Assembly: GCA_965232515.1 (NCBI GenBank)
Contig: CBDDPY010000002.1
Coordinates: forward strand, 7,072,001 to 7,136,000
Source of the DNA: Alphaproteobacteria bacterium
GTDB lineage: Bacteria; Pseudomonadota; Alphaproteobacteria; GCA-2731375
DNA: 64,000 bases
Reading direction: 5' to 3'
Shown here piece after piece: positions 51,018 to 60,812 of this stretch. Position 1 is the stretch's first letter. The number at the start of each line of letters is the position of its first letter. Both the position numbers and the translations under genes were made by a program. The notes beneath the pieces are model-generated. The model had not been told where the DNA came from and did no database searches. It was given only the letters and a program-made list of their open reading frames with translations.

Positions 51018-52104
51018 TGAAGCCCACCGCGAGGCCGAGCGACGCCGCCACGCGTGTTTTCACGATCTGCTTCAGCGCAACGACCTGCGTTTTGAGCTTT
51101 TCGGTCTTGGGTCGCTCCACCGGATCCTTGACGGCTTCGGCGAGCGAAAGTTCGATCGACCGCGCATTGGCGATGGTTAGGTCGAAGGCCCTGCGCATCA
51201 GTGGATCGAGCTTTGCATCGCCGCCGTGCGCCTCGATCAGGTCGCTGAAGCCAGTCCCGCCGTCGCCCAGATAGAGCGCCTGCAGGGCCTCGAGGTTGGC
51301 GACGATATTGCGCAGCGCGCGGTTGCTCAATCGGGATTCGGCGGCGCGCGGCCGCGCCGCATCGATCGTCTCGCCGACGACGGGTGTCAGCTTCACGTCG
51401 GCAATCAGCTGCAGGCCGTTGTGAAAATCCCTAAAGAACGCCAGCGTCGCATCCTGATGCGTGCGGAATTGCAGGTTGGTGGGGCCGGGCTTCGTCGCCG
51501 TCCGCAGGAAGGCGTCGTCGCCTTCCTGCCAGTCGGCGACAATACCGTCGGCCATCCGTCGCATGTTGCCGGAGACGGCGATCAGCATCGCGCATCGGCG
51601 GGAAGCACCGTCCCAGGTTTCCGCCGCACCGCCGTAGAGCAGGTATTCAGCCGCCGGCAGGCCCTGGGCCGCGACACTGGCGCGGACAAACCTGTCGGGC
51701 GTCAGTGCCTCGGCATCGTCGGCTGAGAGCAATTCCGCCACGGCGCGGCCGATCCTGCCCCGCGCCTCGGGCCAGAAATAGAAGCGGTAGCCACGCAGGT
51801 ACAGCTCGACCGGTCCAAAGCTCAGATGCTGGATGCGCGTCCAGGCATCCATCGCGTCGTGGTAGCGCTGTCGCGCCGTCTCGAGGCCGGTCGGGTCGGG
51901 ACCGGCGCAGAAGGCCATCGCCGCATCGTCAAATGCACCGGTCGCTTCGGCGAGCAGGCGATATCGCGGCAGCACGTGGTTCTCGATCAGGGCGGCATTG
52001 GCGCGGGCGTAAGCGTTGGGCGGGACGTTGTCCTGACCGAAGCTGGGCGTGAGGCCGGCCATGACGGCCAGACAGACCAGCGGGACGATGCGGCGAAGCG
52101 GCAT
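50998..52104 (-). CDS. Imelysin-family (M75-like) periplasmic iron-related protein
   Basis: Start corrected to ATG 52104 (MPLRRIVPLVCL signal); FGPV...FYFWPE, QGLPAAEYLLY, C-terminal GFNALDGD. Confidence 0.88.
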   Translation of the reverse strand: MPLRRIVPLVCLAVMAGLTPSFGQDNVPPNAYARANAALIENHVLPRYRLLAEATGAFDDAAMAFCAGPDPTGLETARQRYHDAMDAWTRIQHLSFGPVELYLRGYRFYFWPEARGRIGRAVAELLSADDAEALTPDRFVRASVAAQGLPAAEYLLYGGAAETWDGASRRCAMLIAVSGNMRRMADGIVADWQEGDDAFLRTATKPGPTNLQFRTHQDATLAFFRDFHNGLQLIADVKLTPVVGETIDAARPRAAESRLSNRALRNIVANLEALQALYLGDGGTGFSDLIEAHGGDAKLDPLMRRAFDLTIANARSIELSLAEAVKDPVERPKTEKLKTQVVALKQIVKTRVAASLGLAVGFNALDGD

Positions 52105-52127
52105 GGGTGTTGCGATTCGATCCAAGG

Positions 52128-53636
52128 TCAGAGCGAATTCAGGAACGCGAGCAGGGCCTCGCGCTCGGACTTCGACATGTCGACGACCTTCTGCTGCGAT
52201 TCCTCGGCTTCGCCGCCATGCCAGAGGATGGCTTCCAGCAGGTTGCGCGCGCGGCCGTCGTGCAGGAAGAAGGTGTGGCCGCTCACCGTCTCGGTCAGGC
52301 CGATGCCCCAGAGCGGCGGCGTCCGCCACTCCCGCCCCGAGGCCGTGCCTTCCGGCCGGCCGTCCGCCAGGCCCTCGCCCATATCGTGCAGCAGCAGGTT
52401 GGTGTAGGGCCAGATCAACTGGAACGACTGTTCCTTCCCGATCGAGTCCCGGCGCGTCACGAACTTCGGCGTGTGGCAGGCGACGCAACCGGACTCGTAG
52501 AACAGGCGCTTGCCCGTCAGCACCTGCGGGTTGTCGATGTCACGCCGGGCCGGCACGCCCAGATTGCGGCTGTAGAAGACCATGGCGTCGAACATCTCGG
52601 CCGTCGCCTCGACGGTATTCTCATCCGAGGCGCCGCCATGCGGCGCGGCGCGGCAGCTCGCCTGCGTCGGCGTGCAATCGCCATAAGGCGCGGGGTAGAG
52701 CGGCGTCGAGATGCCGACATCGCCCCGGAAGGCGCCCGCCGCCTGCTGGGCCACGGTTGGCTGGCCGGCCTTCCAGCCGAACCGTCCGAGCATCACCTTG
52801 TCGTGCTCGTCGCTCCAGGTCCGGCTGGTACGTCCCGAAATGCCATCGCCGTCGGCATCATCGGGATCGGCGCCGGCGACGATATCGGCTTCGGGAACGG
52901 CCTCCAGCAGGCCCAAGCCGATCATCGGCGGCGCCACGCGTGGCGAGATCATGATGTCGGGATGGGTCGGGCCGTGGTTCAGGTTGGCGAGGCCGTAGGT
53001 TGGCTTGCGCAGCTTGACGACCTTACCATCGGCGAGCGTCACCGCGACCTCCTCGTAGGCGATCGTCATCGCGCCCTCGGCCAGCAGTCCTTGCACCGAG
53101 AAGTTCTGCAACTGACCGCCATAGGTCGGTTCGGGGATGACCGCCTGGCGATAGGTCCGTAACGCCTCCCGGTCGGCGTCGTTCTGTGGCGGGATCGACA
53201 GTCGCAGGAACATCGAGACCGGCGTCTCGCCGGGTGCCGGCGGACGGCCGCGGCCATCCTTCAGATGGCAGCGCTGGCAGGCGCGGGCGTTGTAGTAAGG
53301 GCCGAGGCCGTCCGACGCCTTGGTCGAGCTTGGCGACGACACCCAGACTTTGCGGAAGATGCCGTTGCCGACCTTGAAATCGAGCTCGCGCTCGAACGCC
53401 ATGTTGGCCGACGCATGCGAGAAGGCATTGCGGTTCAGCGCTTCGAATACGGTGGTCGCGCCGCCGGGGCGCCGTTCGAACGGCTCGGGCGCCGAGAAGT
53501 CCGTCGCCGGCCGCGTTACGGCATCGATCCGGGCGCGCTCTCCCGCGCGATCCTCGGCCGAGGCGCCGACCCCGGTGACCAGGAGGGCGGCGACAGAGGC
53601 GGCGAATGCGAGAGGCGGAAACGGGGAACGGGCCAT
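52128..53636 (-). CDS. Di-heme oxidoreductase (DHOR) family protein
   Basis: DGLGP..NARACQRCH and GCVACH heme motifs, GRFGWKA, EWRTPPLWGIG, LHDGRAR; likely start ATG 53636. Confidence 0.92.
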   Translation of the reverse strand: MARSPFPPLAFAASVAALLVTGVGASAEDRAGERARIDAVTRPATDFSAPEPFERRPGGATTVFEALNRNAFSHASANMAFERELDFKVGNGIFRKVWVSSPSSTKASDGLGPYYNARACQRCHLKDGRGRPPAPGETPVSMFLRLSIPPQNDADREALRTYRQAVIPEPTYGGQLQNFSVQGLLAEGAMTIAYEEVAVTLADGKVVKLRKPTYGLANLNHGPTHPDIMISPRVAPPMIGLGLLEAVPEADIVAGADPDDADGDGISGRTSRTWSDEHDKVMLGRFGWKAGQPTVAQQAAGAFRGDVGISTPLYPAPYGDCTPTQASCRAAPHGGASDENTVEATAEMFDAMVFYSRNLGVPARRDIDNPQVLTGKRLFYESGCVACHTPKFVTRRDSIGKEQSFQLIWPYTNLLLHDMGEGLADGRPEGTASGREWRTPPLWGIGLTETVSGHTFFLHDGRARNLLEAILWHGGEAEESQQKVVDMSKSEREALLAFLNSL

Positions 53637-53698
53637 GTCATGCTCTTTTGTAAGGGCGGGGAGCGGTGGCAACAGGCCGCTCCCCGCAAGGCCGGGTT

Positions 53699-54973
53699 CT
53701 ATTCGAACACGGCCTCTGGATTGTCGAGGCTGTCCGAGCCCTCGAACGCGATCGGCTGCAAGCCCAGCTCGGCGACGATCGCCTCGATGGTCTTCGTCTG
53801 GGTCGTCAGCGCATCGATCGCGGCCTGGACCACGGCGTTGCCCTCGGGATTGTCGGCGCCGATCATCTGGTCATAGGCCTCGACGGTCTCGGCGCGCAGC
53901 TTGAGCGCCGCCATGGTCGCCTCGGAGTCCCGAAGCCGGGAGAGCATGTCCGCATTCAACGCAGGCGATGCCTTGGCGACAAGATGCGCCAGCGACATGC
54001 CGACCACCTTGCGGTCGTCGATACGCGTATAGCTGCCGGTATAGACATTCAACATGCCGACGACGTCGAAGTAATGGCTGTTGTGGGTGTTGTCGGCAAA
54101 GCAGTCATGCTCTTCTTCGGGATCGTGCAGCAGGAGGCCGAGTTTCATGCGCTCGCCGGCCAGCTCGCCGTACGACAGGCTGCCAAGACCGGTCAGGATC
54201 ACGGCGATGCCCTTGTCCGGATCGCCGGTAACCAGTTCCTGCCGGGCCGGTCCGTCCGGCACCCATTGCGCCGTCATCCAAGCGAGATCGTCGACCAGCA
54301 GATCCGTGACCGTGCTCAGATACTCGGCGCGCCGGTCGCAGTTGCCGTTCGTGCAGTCGCCCCCCTTGGCATAGTCGGTCCAGGGGCGTGTGCCCGCTCC
54401 GGGGTCGGTGCCGTTCAGGTCTTGGCCCCAGAGCAGGAACTCGACGGCGTGATAGCCGGTCGCGACGTTGGCTTCGACCTCGCCGAACTCGTGCAGTTCT
54501 TCCTGCAGCAGTGACTTGGTGATCCGCTTGGCGTCGATCACCTTGCCGCCCAGCTTCAGCGAGGCGTTGGCGATGACGTTGGCGGCGTAGACCGGGTTTT
54601 CCTCCGATGTCGTGCCATAGGACTTGGCGACATAGTCGATCAGGCCTTCGTCCAGCGGCCAGGCGTTGACCTTGCCTTCCCAGTCATCGACCACCGCGTT
54701 GCCGAAGCGGTAGACCTCCGTCTGCATGTACGGCACGCGCGAGGCCAGCCAGGCGTTGCGCGCCGCCGCCATGCTCACGGCCGACGGCGTGACGATCAGC
54801 GTTTTGATGGCGGTTTGCAGATCACGGGCCAGGACCAGGGAGTCTTCGTAGCCGGCATGGGCGATGTCCGCATAGGTCTCGAGAACGGCCCGTTTGTCGG
54901 CCGCGGCCTGCGCCGCGGCGGTAGCCGCGAACAGCACGCCGGCCGCCGCGAGTGAGGAAATCCCGGATCTCAT
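53699..54973 (-). CDS. Imelysin / IrpA-like iron-regulated periplasmic protein
   Basis: AAGGAG RBS before ATG 54973; VNAWPLDEGLIDYV, TGYHAVEFLLWGQD, GELAGERM, EEEHDCFADNTH. Confidence 0.92.
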   Translation of the reverse strand: MRSGISSLAAAGVLFAATAAAQAAADKRAVLETYADIAHAGYEDSLVLARDLQTAIKTLIVTPSAVSMAAARNAWLASRVPYMQTEVYRFGNAVVDDWEGKVNAWPLDEGLIDYVAKSYGTTSEENPVYAANVIANASLKLGGKVIDAKRITKSLLQEELHEFGEVEANVATGYHAVEFLLWGQDLNGTDPGAGTRPWTDYAKGGDCTNGNCDRRAEYLSTVTDLLVDDLAWMTAQWVPDGPARQELVTGDPDKGIAVILTGLGSLSYGELAGERMKLGLLLHDPEEEHDCFADNTHNSHYFDVVGMLNVYTGSYTRIDDRKVVGMSLAHLVAKASPALNADMLSRLRDSEATMAALKLRAETVEAYDQMIGADNPEGNAVVQAAIDALTTQTKTIEAIVAELGLQPIAFEGSDSLDNPEAVFE

Positions 54974-55032
54974 GTGTTTGCTCCTTTCGTCCAGGTCTGT
55001 TCGTCTGGTTGGGTCCATCCTCGTCTCTCGGC

Positions 55033-56223
55033 TCAGCGCAAGAAGAACTGCACGGGTACGACCAGCTCGAGCCGCGGCTCGCCCATCGTTTCGGGTAGTT
55101 TCGGCAGCGGCTGCGCACGTTCGATCATGGCGATCACTTCGCGGTCCAGCAGGTCGTGGCCGGAGCTCTGCTCCAACCGGTGCTGCAGGACCTGACCGTC
55201 CCGGTCCATCACGAAGTACAGCAGCGCCGTGCCTTGCTGACGGCGCATGCGGGCGCGGCGTGGATATTCCTTATGCTTCTCGAGCCAGGCCTGAAGCTGC
55301 GCCATGAAGTCCGCCGTGTGGCCCGGCATGCCGCCGCCGGTCGTATCGTTGGCGCTGCCGGCGTTCGGGCTTGCCTTGGTTCCGGCCTTGCCGCCGGCGC
55401 CGGGCGCCGACGGGGCAGTCGCCGCGACCTGCGCCGCGGGCGCATCGACGGCCCGTACGGTCTCGGGCTCGGGCGTTTCGGGCGCCGGGGCAGGGGTCGG
55501 TTCCGCGCGCGGCGGCTCCGGCGGTCGCGGCTTCGATTGCGGCGCCGGCGGCGTCTCGACGATTTCGGCGACAAGTTCCTGCTTGGGCGCGGCTTCGGTT
55601 GCCGGCGTCGGCTTTGGCATCGGTGCGTCCTCGACCGGCAGCGGCCGACCGGCCGCTTCGACCACGTCGTCGACAGCGGTGACCTCGGTCGCGGCGACGG
55701 CGGCCGTCTCGACCGGCGGCGCGGTCTCCGGCTGAAAGGCGATCTCGGCCAGTTCGACCGGCACATCGGTGACCGGGATCTCCGCGGCCGCGACAGGGAC
55801 CGCCCGTACCGTCTCGATGGGTTCGATCTCGACGGGCGTCTCGGCGGGCGGCGTCGCCGCGGTCTCGGTCGAATCGACCGGTTCCGCGTCCGTGGGGGCG
55901 CGAGGCGATACCGCTGTCGCCGTCTCAACGACATCGACCGCGTCGGGCTCCGCGGCGGGCGGTGTCTCCTCGGGCGGCGGCGCATCGGGCGACTGCCGCG
56001 GTGCGAGCGTCTCCGTCTCTGTCTCCGGCGTATCGGCGGCTGTCGCGGCGACGCTGCCGGGTGCGCCGCCGGCCGGTCCGAGCGAAATCTCGATACCGCC
56101 GATACCGGCGCTGACCGCGCCCGACTCCGCCGGCTGCCACAGAATGGCGACGGCGGCGCCGGCATGCACCAGCAAGGCGCCCGATAGCGCCAGCATCCAG
56201 TGTGCGCGGCCGATCCGCATCAA
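55033..56223 (-). CDS. tonB: TonB energy transducer with a long Pro/Glu/Ala linker
   Basis: N-terminal TM helix with SxxxH-like LSGALLVH; C-terminal YPRRAR...QG...SSGHDLLD...PLP. Confidence 0.9.
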   Translation of the reverse strand: MMRIGRAHWMLALSGALLVHAGAAVAILWQPAESGAVSAGIGGIEISLGPAGGAPGSVAATAADTPETETETLAPRQSPDAPPPEETPPAAEPDAVDVVETATAVSPRAPTDAEPVDSTETAATPPAETPVEIEPIETVRAVPVAAAEIPVTDVPVELAEIAFQPETAPPVETAAVAATEVTAVDDVVEAAGRPLPVEDAPMPKPTPATEAAPKQELVAEIVETPPAPQSKPRPPEPPRAEPTPAPAPETPEPETVRAVDAPAAQVAATAPSAPGAGGKAGTKASPNAGSANDTTGGGMPGHTADFMAQLQAWLEKHKEYPRRARMRRQQGTALLYFVMDRDGQVLQHRLEQSSGHDLLDREVIAMIERAQPLPKLPETMGEPRLELVVPVQFFLR

Positions 56224-56624
56224 CCGTCTCCAGGCACGGTCAGAAGTTTGAGCTTCTCGACACCGGCTTCGCGCAACAGCTCCATCACGGCAACGACTCG
56301 CGTCGCCTCGACACGGCCGTCCGCCTTCAGATGCAGTTTCGTGGCTTTGGCGTCCGACAGACGGTCGGCGACGGCCGATGTCAGCGCGGTCTCGTCCATG
56401 ATCGCGCCATCGAGCGCCAGCCGTCCGTCGGCGCCGACCAGGACGACCACATCCTGGGCCGCCGAGGGCCCCTCGCTCGCCGAGCGCGGCGGCGCGATTT
56501 GGAATGGATCCGAAGCTGCGAGTCGGCCCGCCAGCATGAAGAAGATCAACAGCAAAAACACCACGTTGACGAGCGGCAGAATCCGCTCATCGTCGTTCTT
56601 TGGGCGAGGCGGCGCGAAACGCAT
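56220..56624 (-). CDS. exbD: ExbD/TolR biopolymer transport protein
   Basis: ILPLVNVVFLLLIFFM, LKADG; start corrected to ATG 56624. Confidence 0.88.
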   Translation of the reverse strand: MRFAPPRPKNDDERILPLVNVVFLLLIFFMLAGRLAASDPFQIAPPRSASEGPSAAQDVVVLVGADGRLALDGAIMDETALTSAVADRLSDAKATKLHLKADGRVEATRVVAVMELLREAGVEKLKLLTVPGDG

Positions 56625-56634
56625 CGGCGCTGCC

Positions 56635-57075
56635 CTATCTGCGCGGATCGCGAATAAGAGAGAGATCGGCGACGCCGGCCGCGGCGAGCCGGTCGAGCAC
56701 CTGCACGGCATCTTGCAGCACGACGCCGGCGGCCGGCTTGATCAGCACGCGCTGGTCCGGCTTTTGCGCCATGCGGGCAGCGACGCGGGCCGCCAGCGTA
56801 TCGAGCGAGACCGTTTCGCCGGCGAGCCGCAGCCCGTCGGTGCGGACCTCGATCAACAGGGCGCCCGTCATCGCGCCCCGCGCCTTGGCATCTGCCGGCG
56901 CGTTGAGGTCGATGGCCCGCCAATCGAGGAAGCTCGAGGCCAGCATGAAGAAGACAAGCAGGATGAACACCACGTCGATCAGCGGCGTCAGACTGATCAG
57001 CGCACGTCGACCGGCCCGTTTCGGGCGCCGGCTAATCGCCAGGTGCGGCGGCTGGCTGAAGACCGGCGTGCGCAC
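56635..57075 (-). CDS. exbD: ExbD/TolR biopolymer transport protein
   Basis: SLTPLIDVVFILLVFFML. Confidence 0.9.
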   Translation of the reverse strand: MRTPVFSQPPHLAISRRPKRAGRRALISLTPLIDVVFILLVFFMLASSFLDWRAIDLNAPADAKARGAMTGALLIEVRTDGLRLAGETVSLDTLAARVAARMAQKPDQRVLIKPAAGVVLQDAVQVLDRLAAAGVADLSLIRDPRR

Positions 57076-57790
57076 GGTTTTCGTCTTCCTCGATGGCCGC
57101 GTCAGCGGCGACGGACAGGTCCTCGGTGAAAACCTGAGTCACGACGTTGTCCATTTCGTGGGCCAGACGGTCGACCTTGCGCTCCAGCCAGTTCAGCACC
57201 ACAACCACGGGTATGGCGACCGCGAGGCCGACGGCGGTTGTCAGCAACGCTTCCCAGATGCCGCCCGACAGGATCGCCGGATTGACCTGGTTGCCGGCGG
57301 CTTCGAGTTGGCGGAAGGCCTCGATCATGCCCAGCACCGTGCCGAACAGGCCCATCAGCGGTGCAAGCGAGGCGATGACCTCCAGCGGCCGGAACCAGCC
57401 GCGCAGCACCTCGAGCACGTCTCCGCCGTAACGCAGCACTTCCTCACGGATCTTCGGTTCGGCGACGCGGCGATGCTGGCCGCGAAGCGCTCGCGCCAGC
57501 GTCTGTGCGACAGGATTGGGCGATTTCTCGGCCAGCGTCATCGCCTCGGCCGGCCGACCCGCCCGATAGTGGCGCAGCGCCTCGCGGGCCACCCGGCTGT
57601 CGCCGATCCGAACGGCGCGGAACTGCCAGAGCTTCAGGAAGACGATCGCTGTCGCCACCACCGACGTGGCGAGCAGGATCAGGACCACCGGGCCGCCGGC
57701 CTGCAGCAACTCTAGCGCGCGCTCCAACATACTCAACTCTGCGCCAGGGCCGGCGATCTGGCCGTCCGCCGACTGCAATTCCTCGTTCAT
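57032..57790 (-). CDS. exbB: MotA/TolQ/ExbB proton channel
   Basis: APLMGLFGTVLGMI, GGIWEALLTTAVGLAVAIP. Confidence 0.93.
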   Translation of the reverse strand: MNEELQSADGQIAGPGAELSMLERALELLQAGGPVVLILLATSVVATAIVFLKLWQFRAVRIGDSRVAREALRHYRAGRPAEAMTLAEKSPNPVAQTLARALRGQHRRVAEPKIREEVLRYGGDVLEVLRGWFRPLEVIASLAPLMGLFGTVLGMIEAFRQLEAAGNQVNPAILSGGIWEALLTTAVGLAVAIPVVVVLNWLERKVDRLAHEMDNVVTQVFTEDLSVAADAAIEEDENRAHAGLQPAAAPGD

Positions 57791-57864
57791 CTATGTTCGA
57801 CCCCCGACATGTTGACGGCCGGCGCAAACCGCTGCCCGCGAACCAGTAACCGATAGCTTTCTGC

Positions 57865-57883
57865 AATTGCGAGGCATTTTCAA
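57865..57883. promoter_or_regulatory. Fur-like iron box upstream of exbB
   Basis: AATTGCGAGGCATTTTCAA shares the TGCGA-N3-TTnTCA core with the other two boxes. Confidence 0.5.
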
Positions 57884-58528
57884 CACGAATTGACCTTGCT
57901 TGCAAGCGCGATTGTCCCGGCATTCTCGGGCATGTCGGTTGTGTCCACTGGGCTTGGCGAACGCCACTATCCCAACCGTCCCGATGCCAGTTAGGCGGCC
58001 GTATTCGTTGGCTTTTTTTGGCCGGCTTTCACGCCTGCCGACGAGGCCGTCCCTGTCCGGTATCTCGCTCACGACGACGGGGATTTTGCCGGATTTTCCG
58101 TGACACGCCCCCGGGGTGACAATAAGCCGCACGCCTCCGGTCGAGCGGGTCGGCGCCGCCCGAGACCGCGATCTGCCGAAAACGGCCCTGGCGTCGGGCG
58201 GTACCGCGAATTTCGCGCCCTCGTCGCGCGATGCCTGCGCTTGCCATCGACGCGCGTTTGAAAGGAGGGGGCGATCTCTCCGGCCGGATTGACGCAGCTG
58301 GCGCCCATAGGCCAAACACCGGCTTCGCCGGCGAACATGCCGACCGGCCCGGGCGCACTGTCGACGGAGCAGGCGGCCGAAGTTTTCCCGTGTCAGCTCG
58401 CCGGCGGTGTCGGCGCGGGCCAGGTGGCACCGCGGCGCCCGCCCGTGCTCAAGGCATGGCGTCCCGGCACCGTCCCGGCCCGCCGGCTGTCCAGCATGTC
58501 TCCGATCGGCTCAATGCTCGTTGATGTA

Positions 58529-58547
58529 AATGAAAATCATTCGCAAT
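58529..58547. promoter_or_regulatory. Fur-like iron box
   Basis: AATGAAAATCATTCGCAAT (reverse complement ATTGCGAATGATTTTCATT). Confidence 0.65.
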
Positions 58548-58582
58548 ACGAGAATACGAACGCCCCCATCCTGTCCCCGGAG

Positions 58583-59002
58583 CTATTTGATGAACGGCAC
58601 CGCCCCGCGCTGCGACGCCGACAGCAGATCGAGGCAATCGTCGCGCGCGCCGTCCGCGTCCGTGCAGTCCATGACGTTGTTCAACAACAACCGGCCGACC
58701 CGTTCGCAGGGCAGGCCGGCCATGTCGAACACCTTCAGGCTGGTCTTGCCGGCGGCAAGCGGCGCCGTCTGCACGGCCAGACGCTTGGCCACTATCCCTT
58801 CGGTGTCAAACATGACGAGGTCGAGCTTGAGCGCCTCGAAGCTCCGCGCCGTGCCGTTCTCGAGCACCAGGTAGGCCCTGCAGGCGCCGCCATTCGGCTC
58901 GAGCTTATTGAGTTCGACGCTGACCTCGGTCTCGGCGGCCTGTGCCGCCGCCGTCAGCAATGCAATCGCAATGGTCCAAAACGCGCCCCGAAGCATCTTC
59001 AA
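58583..59002 (-). CDS. Small secreted four-cysteine protein of the type found beside exbBD-tonB
   Basis: Signal peptide; ELNKLE...CRAYLV...LKLDLVMFD...KTSLKVFD...C...C...C; GGAGG RBS. Confidence 0.75.
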   Translation of the reverse strand: MKMLRGAFWTIAIALLTAAAQAAETEVSVELNKLEPNGGACRAYLVLENGTARSFEALKLDLVMFDTEGIVAKRLAVQTAPLAAGKTSLKVFDMAGLPCERVGRLLLNNVMDCTDADGARDDCLDLLSASQRGAVPFIK

Positions 59003-59447
59003 ACGCCCCTCCTGTTTGGCAACGGCTCCACAACAACATGCCGCGACGCCGCCTCCCTCGGCAACACGGCGACGCTACTCTAAGCCGCCAAAGCCTGGCT
59101 TGGGAACGGTACGTAGGCGCAAAGCATGTTTCCGGGATGAGTTCTGTCAGCCATCAACCGATCATCGGACGGCGACCGTCCATCGATCCAAGACCGGCCA
59201 TGGGAAACCGCCGGCAACGTATGTCCAATTCGACGCCTGCGGCGAGCCTGCGAGACCAGGAGGTCGGGCGTGACGGCGCTTCAAACGAGCGATAGCGCGC
59301 GAGCGCAACTTGCCTGCTGCATAGACGGTCTCGCCGCTCAATGACCGTTCGAGGAAGCCGTCATGCAAACCGGTGGGGGTGGGGCAAAGATCGTTCCTGG
59401 CGAAACACGCGAAAACGCCGCTGCGCCTGTCGCGCAACCGCTTCCGC

Positions 59448-60086
59448 CTACCCGCGCTCGTCCTTCTTCTTTTCGACTTCGGCGTAAAATCGCCGCGCGA
59501 TTTCGGTCAGTCCTTGCACGGAAAAGATGCCCGGCGTCGTCCATTTAGGTTCGTCGCCCGCAAACAAGTCCAGGAAGGCGATTGCCAGAGACGGGTCTTC
59601 CTCGACATTCTCCTTGAAGCTCCACCAGGTACGAAGATCGTCAAGGTCGGCCGACAACAGTTGCTTCGCCCGGAAATCTTTCTCGAGCACAAGGCCGCGG
59701 ACATTGAGGCAGAAAGCCACGTAGAGGTAGCCCTCCGGCCAAAAGTAGGCTGGATTCGTCTCGTCGGCCGCGTCCGGTATGGATTCAACCGACAGCGGCT
59801 GAATCGTCACCAGCGTCCGCAGCATCAGGCCGGCGGCAAATCCCACATAGGCCGGGCGATCATAGGGATCGTCGGGTTTCTGGGCATTGAAGTCCTTGAG
59901 CCATGCCACGAATACTTCGGAGAGTCTGGAATAGTCGATCAGAAAACGAACGCCGGTTTCCTCGGAGGTGCGTTTCACCTGTTCCTCAAAGGCACCGACA
60001 AACCAGCGCAACCGCTGCGCCGATTTTCGGACGGGTTGCTCCGCGTTAACGATCCTGGACGTGCGGCTATGGCTCTCGTCGGTCAA
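59448..60086 (-). CDS. Hypothetical protein (last gene of the sugar operon)
   Basis: 4-bp overlap with the upstream gene; protein-like composition (YFWPEGYLY, TWWSFKENV). Confidence 0.75.
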   Translation of the reverse strand: MTDESHSRTSRIVNAEQPVRKSAQRLRWFVGAFEEQVKRTSEETGVRFLIDYSRLSEVFVAWLKDFNAQKPDDPYDRPAYVGFAAGLMLRTLVTIQPLSVESIPDAADETNPAYFWPEGYLYVAFCLNVRGLVLEKDFRAKQLLSADLDDLRTWWSFKENVEEDPSLAIAFLDLFAGDEPKWTTPGIFSVQGLTEIARRFYAEVEKKKDERG

Positions 60087-60811
60087 AGGTAGTCCGCCAG
60101 GCGCTGCAACTCGTCCGCAAGCGCGGCCGCGTCATCAAGCCGCTGCAGAACTTCCCCTTGCAAGGTATGGACAAGAGTCGTCGCCAATTGCAGCAAACGC
60201 TCTTCCTCGTCAGCGCTGTGCGCACGTTCGGCGAGGAGCCATACGAAAATGCCGACGAGATCCAGATCGGCCTGGTTCTGATCCTCGACGCTTCGGGAGA
60301 TTGGCGTGCCGGGCACATTGCCAACGGCATGTCTTTTGCGAAGCTGGGCGAGCACCTCCGCCGCCCGGCGGTGACTGCCCGATCCGGCGGACGCATCGTC
60401 GATCGAGTTGATGACCATCGCCGCCACCGTCGCGCTCAGATGAACGGGCGACGGCGAATTCATGGCGCGCGATCTGGCCCATGCGCCGATCAGGACGCGT
60501 CGGAAGGCGCGAGAATACGTCTTGTCCGTGCCGCTGCCATCGATGAAACCCACGGCCCGCTCGATATCGTCGCGATCGAGCGGCTGGTGCAGCTCGGCCT
60601 GTCCTGCGGTCTCGACCGCCTTCAGGGTCGCGGCAAAAAGCGACCGAACGGGTTCGGGAATCAGCGGGGCAGCGGGCTTGAGCAATTCCTCAGTCACCTC
60701 GGCCGCGGTGGAAACGCCGCGCAAGATATCCCGTATCGGCGGGCGCAGTGACCTGGGCAGACGTGCGAACGGTCGGTTCATGGACTGATTTTTCAAGCGT
60801 CGTGCCAACAT
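60083..60811 (-). CDS. Hypothetical helical protein
   Basis: Starts 1 bp after the kinase stop and overlaps the next gene. Confidence 0.65.
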   Translation of the reverse strand: MLARRLKNQSMNRPFARLPRSLRPPIRDILRGVSTAAEVTEELLKPAAPLIPEPVRSLFAATLKAVETAGQAELHQPLDRDDIERAVGFIDGSGTDKTYSRAFRRVLIGAWARSRAMNSPSPVHLSATVAAMVINSIDDASAGSGSHRRAAEVLAQLRKRHAVGNVPGTPISRSVEDQNQADLDLVGIFVWLLAERAHSADEEERLLQLATTLVHTLQGEVLQRLDDAAALADELQRLADYL

Positions 60812-60812
60812 A

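Noticed and set aside
50998-52488. 496-aa version of the second imelysin (and extended starts at 35958, 45477, 56711)
   Set aside because: The extensions overlap neighbouring genes or promoters, or lack an RBS; downstream ATGs give proper signal peptides or RBS.
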